Source of the DNA: Candidatus Peribacteraceae bacterium
GTDB taxonomy: Bacteria > Patescibacteriota > Gracilibacteria > Peribacterales > Peribacteraceae
Assembly: GCA_035547395.1 (NCBI GenBank)
Contig: DASZVA010000014.1
Location: 6,609-70,608 of the forward strand
Direction of reading: 5' to 3'
Length of the DNA: 64,000 nt
Shown here: in pieces, positions 60,533 to 64,000 of the stretch
Numbering within the stretch: the stretch's first letter is position 1
Layout of the letters: the number at the start of each line of letters is the position of its first letter
Made by a program: the position numbers and the translations under genes
Notes under the pieces: generated by a model
Database searches by the model: none
What the model was told of the DNA's origin: nothing
Seen by the model: the letters and a program-made list of their open reading frames with translations, nothing else

Positions 60533-61615
60533 CTATCTGCCGCTTTTTGTCAATGATTCCGCGCCCTCCAGGAATCGATCGACGGTCTTCTTCCAGGAAA
60601 ATTCCGGCGCGCGCATGCGCCCGTTTTCGATGAGCGCACTGCGCACCGGCGCATCGGTGAGAAGCGTTTCCAGTCCGCGCGCGATTGCGCCGGTATCAGA
60701 CGGATCGACAAGCAGCGCCGCATCGCCGGCGATTTCCTTCATGCTGCCGACAGCGGACGTGAGGACGGGAATCCCGCGCAGAAACGCATCGAGGACCGGC
60801 ATACCGAATCCCTCATACAGAGAGGGGAATGCGAAGACGGCAGCCGCGCGCATCAATTCCTCTACCTCGTGATCCGGAAGATAATCGCGCCATTCGACGC
60901 CCGGAGTCGCCTGCGCACGCGAGACAATGTCCGAGTCGTGCCATCCGCGCTTGCCGACGAGCACGAGCCGAAACCGGTCCCGCAGATCCTGCGGCAGCAA
61001 CGAGTACGCATCGATCAGCCGCAGTTGATTCTTGCGCGGGCAGAGCGTGCCGATGCAGAGAACGATATTTTCATGCGTGCGTTTTTCATGCGGAAGAGGA
61101 TGCGCCATCGGTCCGGCGAAAATCGGAATGACTTTCGACGCGTCCAGACGAGGATAACGCACGAGCAGATCCCGTTTCGTCGTCTCGCTCACGGTGCAGA
61201 TCATCGCGGCGTGCTCGGCCGCTCTCTTGAGCGTAAGCTTTTCTATGAAGACGGCCATGCGATCGTGCGGCTCATGTCGAAAGGCGATCAAATCATGCAC
61301 TATCGGAATCATCGGTTTTGTCCGTTGCAACAGCGCCGGCACGATGTAGCTCACCGTGCTGACGTACGCGTCGACCGACGATGACGCGATCATGCGCGCT
61401 GCGGTGATATGCCATTGAACTCCTTTGCGCTCGATTTGTTCGAGATGATGACACGACGTGATGCGCGACGACCATTCGCGGGGAAGAGGGGCATCGCTGT
61501 AGAGCGTCAGATCGATGTCGCGCGAGAGAAGTTCCGATACGAAACCGTACGTCCACTGACCTTTGCCGGTACGTTTTTCGGCGCATGCTTCGCGTACGTC
61601 AATGCCCAGATGCAT
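60533..61615 (-). CDS. glycosyltransferase family 1 (GT4)
   Basis: It has the GT1 C-terminal signature AAAVFAFPSLYEGFGMPVLDAFLRGIPVLTS and is 360 aa. Confidence 0.8.
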   Translation of the reverse strand: MHLGIDVREACAEKRTGKGQWTYGFVSELLSRDIDLTLYSDAPLPREWSSRITSCHHLEQIERKGVQWHITAARMIASSSVDAYVSTVSYIVPALLQRTKPMIPIVHDLIAFRHEPHDRMAVFIEKLTLKRAAEHAAMICTVSETTKRDLLVRYPRLDASKVIPIFAGPMAHPLPHEKRTHENIVLCIGTLCPRKNQLRLIDAYSLLPQDLRDRFRLVLVGKRGWHDSDIVSRAQATPGVEWRDYLPDHEVEELMRAAAVFAFPSLYEGFGMPVLDAFLRGIPVLTSAVGSMKEIAGDAALLVDPSDTGAIARGLETLLTDAPVRSALIENGRMRAPEFSWKKTVDRFLEGAESLTKSGR

Positions 61616-61625
61616 GGGGGAAGTG

Positions 61626-61661
61626 TAGGGCTAGGGATAGGGCTAGGGCTAGGGCTAGGGA
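61626..61661 (+). repeat. six tandem hexamers TAGGG(C/A)
   Basis: The tract reads tagggc taggga tagggc tagggc tagggc taggga. It lies in the divergent intergenic region between the GT gene and 61732-62370. Confidence 0.9.
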
Positions 61662-61731
61662 TTCGCAATGAGTTATTGGTTATGAGTGATTGGTTTTTCG
61701 TTTCGTGTAATACAACCAGTAACCAATAACC

Positions 61732-62370
61732 GTGTCGACACCCCTGCTTCGACACCTGTCCTTCTCCCTGCTACCATCGCTTGGTATGGCATCACGCTTT
61801 ACGAGATCGCTCGCATCATTGGACTTGGAGGAACGCATTTTGAATATCGCCATCATCGTCGCGCTCTTCGCTTCATTCCTGCCATGGCTCTCCGGCAACT
61901 GGCTGGGTGGAGACGCGGTGAGCTACAACTCGTTCGGCTTTTATACGTCGTACATCGGCATCGCCGTTTTTATCATGATGCTGGCGTCGCTTCTGATCAC
62001 GCTCGTCCCCCTCTTTGGCGGTCCGATTATTTTGAAGCGTCAGCAAAAAGAAATCGTACGACTGTTTCTCGCGCTCCTCACCACCGTTCTCTTGCTTGCG
62101 GCTTTGTCCGTTCTCATGCAGGTGACGTATGAATTCGCGCGCATGGAAATCCGGTTCGGCATTTACATCGAGATCATCGCCAGCATCGTGGTACTCATCT
62201 ACACCTTCATGCGCTGGCAGGAATTCAGACACGCGGGCAATCCCGATCAATTCCATCATCCCGAAGCTCCGGTCATGCACAGCGAACGGCCCGAATCCAT
62301 CATTCCGCCTCCGCCACCCCCTCCTCCGCCCCCGCCGCTCAGCCCGGAGGAGCATCGTCATTTACGGTAA
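61732..62370 (+). CDS. hypothetical membrane protein (4-5 TM) with a poly-Pro C-terminal tail
   Basis: The track start is a GTG, and an internal ATG (MASRF...) is an alternative. The C-terminus reads IIPPPPPPPPPPPLSPEEH. Confidence 0.55.
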   Translation: MSTPLLRHLSFSLLPSLGMASRFTRSLASLDLEERILNIAIIVALFASFLPWLSGNWLGGDAVSYNSFGFYTSYIGIAVFIMMLASLLITLVPLFGGPIILKRQQKEIVRLFLALLTTVLLLAALSVLMQVTYEFARMEIRFGIYIEIIASIVVLIYTFMRWQEFRHAGNPDQFHHPEAPVMHSERPESIIPPPPPPPPPPPLSPEEHRHLR

Positions 62371-62372
62371 TT

Positions 62373-62439
62373 GTGTCACCCTGAGCTCGACGAAGGGGGC
62401 ACTGCAAATATGATGGTTCGTCGGAGCTCACCATGACAC
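62373..62439. repeat. short palindromic member of the GTGTCA...TGACAC element family
   Basis: gtgtcaCCCTGAGCTCGACGAAgggggcactgcaaatatgatggTTCGTCGGAGCTCAccatgacac. Its termini and CTGAGC..GACGAAGG core match those of 29461-29580. Confidence 0.7.
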
Positions 62440-62458
62440 ATTTGCAATAGATACTGAC

Positions 62459-62830
62459 TTGAAGCCATTTTTGCTGTACGATCGCATCGTGGACTCACCT
62501 GTCGAAACACCCGCCGGCCTCTACAAAGACGACGATCTCGTGTACGTCGATCCCCTGAAAAGGATCGTCGTCGGGCGCGTCGAATTTTTGCAGAGCGGCA
62601 AACCAAAAGCGCTTCCGATGAAAACCGAGGAGGACGTGGAGGATGATGCGGGCGACGAAAAACCGGTCAAAGGCAAAAAGCGTCCGCGCCGCCAGCGCTA
62701 CTATCCGTGGGGAACCTATCGCTCGATGAAACGGATCTACAAACTGGAAGGAAAAATTCCGAAAGTGGAATCGCAAAAAACACTCGACGAAGTGATCGAG
62801 AAAGCACTGCAGGAACCGTTCTGGGATTGA
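62459..62830 (+). CDS. hypothetical basic protein
   Basis: It has a TTG start and is 123 aa, with a Lys/Arg-rich centre (KPVKGKKRPRRQRYYPWG). No motif was recognised. Confidence 0.35.
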   Translation: MKPFLLYDRIVDSPVETPAGLYKDDDLVYVDPLKRIVVGRVEFLQSGKPKALPMKTEEDVEDDAGDEKPVKGKKRPRRQRYYPWGTYRSMKRIYKLEGKIPKVESQKTLDEVIEKALQEPFWD

Positions 62831-62954
62831 TGAAATAAAAAGAAATAAAAAAAAATGGAGTTGGAATCCGCATGCCACGGGGGGTGAAGGGGAAGCTCTG
62901 CTTCATGCCGCTGCAAGCGGCATATGACGAAGCGATGCGGATGCATCGCGAGGA

Positions 62955-63010
62955 AATCACAGAGCGCCCGCCCGAACGTACCGCGTTCGGTACGGGCGGG
63001 GGCGGTGAGG
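62955..63010. repeat. REP-like hairpin CCCGCCCGAACGTACCG-C-GTTCGGTACGGGCGGG
   Basis: It has the same core as 53910-53938 and is related to 29480-29510 and 32968-32998. Confidence 0.65.
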
Positions 63011-63087
63011 CTTTGGCGTGCGGCAGCGTTTTCTTCTCCATTTCTTTGTCGCTGCAGACAAAGAAATGGAAAAAGATTCATCCGAGT

Positions 63088-64000
63088 TTACTCTTTCAAG
63101 ATGGAACATGACCTCTCGACTTCATTTTTCGAACCGATGATGAGCGGCGTGCGCTGATCGATGGTGTCGATTTTCTTGTCGAGGATATCGATATGCCCGT
63201 CACTCGCGATGCCGCCCGCCTGATCCATCAGGTAGGAAAACGGCCCGCATTCGAAGACAAGTCTGAGTTTTCCTTCCGGATATTTCTTGCCGCCGACGTT
63301 GGTGAAGACGCCCTGACCTTTGCTCAGGATGTGATGCACGTCGGACGCCATGCAGCCGGAATAACGCAGCGTGAGTTCTTCGTCGAGCCACAGCTGGAGC
63401 AGGTGTTTGTAAGCGACGTTGTCGGTGAGCGCACGCAGGTTGCCGGGGCTGTAATTCTTCGCCGTGTCGCCGACGCCGAGAAATTCCCGGAGCAATACGA
63501 ACTCGCCGACGTCGTTGATGAGGAATTCATGCACGCCGTTACCGGTGGAATACACGAGCACCGTGCGCGGACCGTAGATCACGTAGAGCGCCGCCACCTG
63601 TTCGCGCGGCTTGCGGCCGATCAATTCTTTCCCTTCGTAGATGCCGAAGATCGAGCCGACCGCGAAGTTCACGTCGACGAGCGACGATCCGTCGAGCGGA
63701 TCGAACACGACGGAGTAGGGCGCTTTGTCATGCAGCTGAATGATCTCCGACTGTTCCTCGGATATGTAGCTGGACACCAGGCGGCTCTCGCGCAGGTGCT
63801 GCTGAATGATGTCGTCGCTCAGCACGTCGAGCTTGACCTGTTCCTCTCCAAACTGATTTTTGGTCCCGGCCAGACCGGCCTGCGTCGTACGAATGGCGTG
63901 CTGAATGTATTTGGCGGCGCGTGCGATATCCAGAATCAAATGACGCAAATCATCCGGCGCCTTGCTGACATGATAGAGATGATAGTTCAGGGAAATGGTG
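63088..64000 (-). CDS. fbp: fructose-1,6-bisphosphatase class I, 5' end beyond the window
   Basis: It has ...VKLDVLSDDII...VVFDPLDGSSLVDVNFAVGSIFGIY...YSGCMASDVHHIL. The reading frame stays open through nt 64000. Confidence 0.88.
   Translation of the reverse strand, partial: TISLNYHLYHVSKAPDDLRHLILDIARAAKYIQHAIRTTQAGLAGTKNQFGEEQVKLDVLSDDIIQQHLRESRLVSSYISEEQSEIIQLHDKAPYSVVFDPLDGSSLVDVNFAVGSIFGIYEGKELIGRKPREQVAALYVIYGPRTVLVYSTGNGVHEFLINDVGEFVLLREFLGVGDTAKNYSPGNLRALTDNVAYKHLLQLWLDEELTLRYSGCMASDVHHILSKGQGVFTNVGGKKYPEGKLRLVFECGPFSYLMDQAGGIASDGHIDILDKKIDTIDQRTPLIIGSKNEVERSCSILKE

Noticed and set aside
61626-61661. Tandem hexamers and the heptad arrays considered as CRISPR arrays.
   Set aside because: The repeat units are 6-7 nt with no spacers of 25-40 nt, and there are no cas genes in the window.

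Overview
This is a 64-kb chromosomal segment with a backbone that looks GC-rich by eye and several visibly AT-rich inserts. It uses the standard genetic code (TGA acts as a stop). By inference only, the gene content suggests an uncultivated, small-genome bacterium with a Gram-positive-type envelope, possibly CPR/Patescibacteria-like. The clues are an LPXTG sortase substrate, an SLH protein, a small pilin-like membrane protein and many Ser-rich secreted proteins.

Housekeeping genes: obg, dnaK (with a perfect CIRCE operator), gap, a CCA-adding enzyme, prmC, nadK, rplI, secG, rpsP plus a KH protein, fbp (cut by the window edge), mgtA, an MFS-DHA2 exporter, a CNNM/CBS transporter, a family-5 substrate-binding protein and two GT4 glycosyltransferases.

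tRNAs: five, all with encoded CCA. They are Lys-CTT, Phe-GAA, Ala-CGC, Ile-TAT (unusual) and Val-TAC.

Mobile and accessory content:
- A 5'-truncated large serine recombinase whose stop codon lies inside tRNA-Lys.
- A roughly 13-kb defence island between tRNA-Ile(UAU) and rplI. It carries a bEBP-like AAA+ protein with a degenerate GAFTGA loop, a membrane-anchored Mrr-like nuclease, a PIN-GNAT-ASCH fusion coupled to a stand-alone ASCH gene, a type I R-M operon (hsdRMS) and a GmrSD-like DUF262/DUF1524 enzyme.
- Several AT-rich one- or two-gene inserts.

Other notable signals:
- Curlin-like Q/N/G repeat proteins.
- 7-nt-periodic inverted repeat arrays. One pair brackets a four-helix-bundle ('23S IVS protein') gene.
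- A 118-bp duplicated gene-end flanking an orphan ORF.
- MITE/REP-like GTGTCA elements.
- Partial tRNA pseudo-copies interrupted by hairpins.
- Two paralogous small transcription units and twin 45-aa acidic ORFs in an otherwise empty 1.4-kb stretch.
- Recurrent leaderless promoter/start architecture.

No rRNA, CRISPR array or transposase was seen. All family assignments come from motif recognition by eye and need profile searches to confirm.
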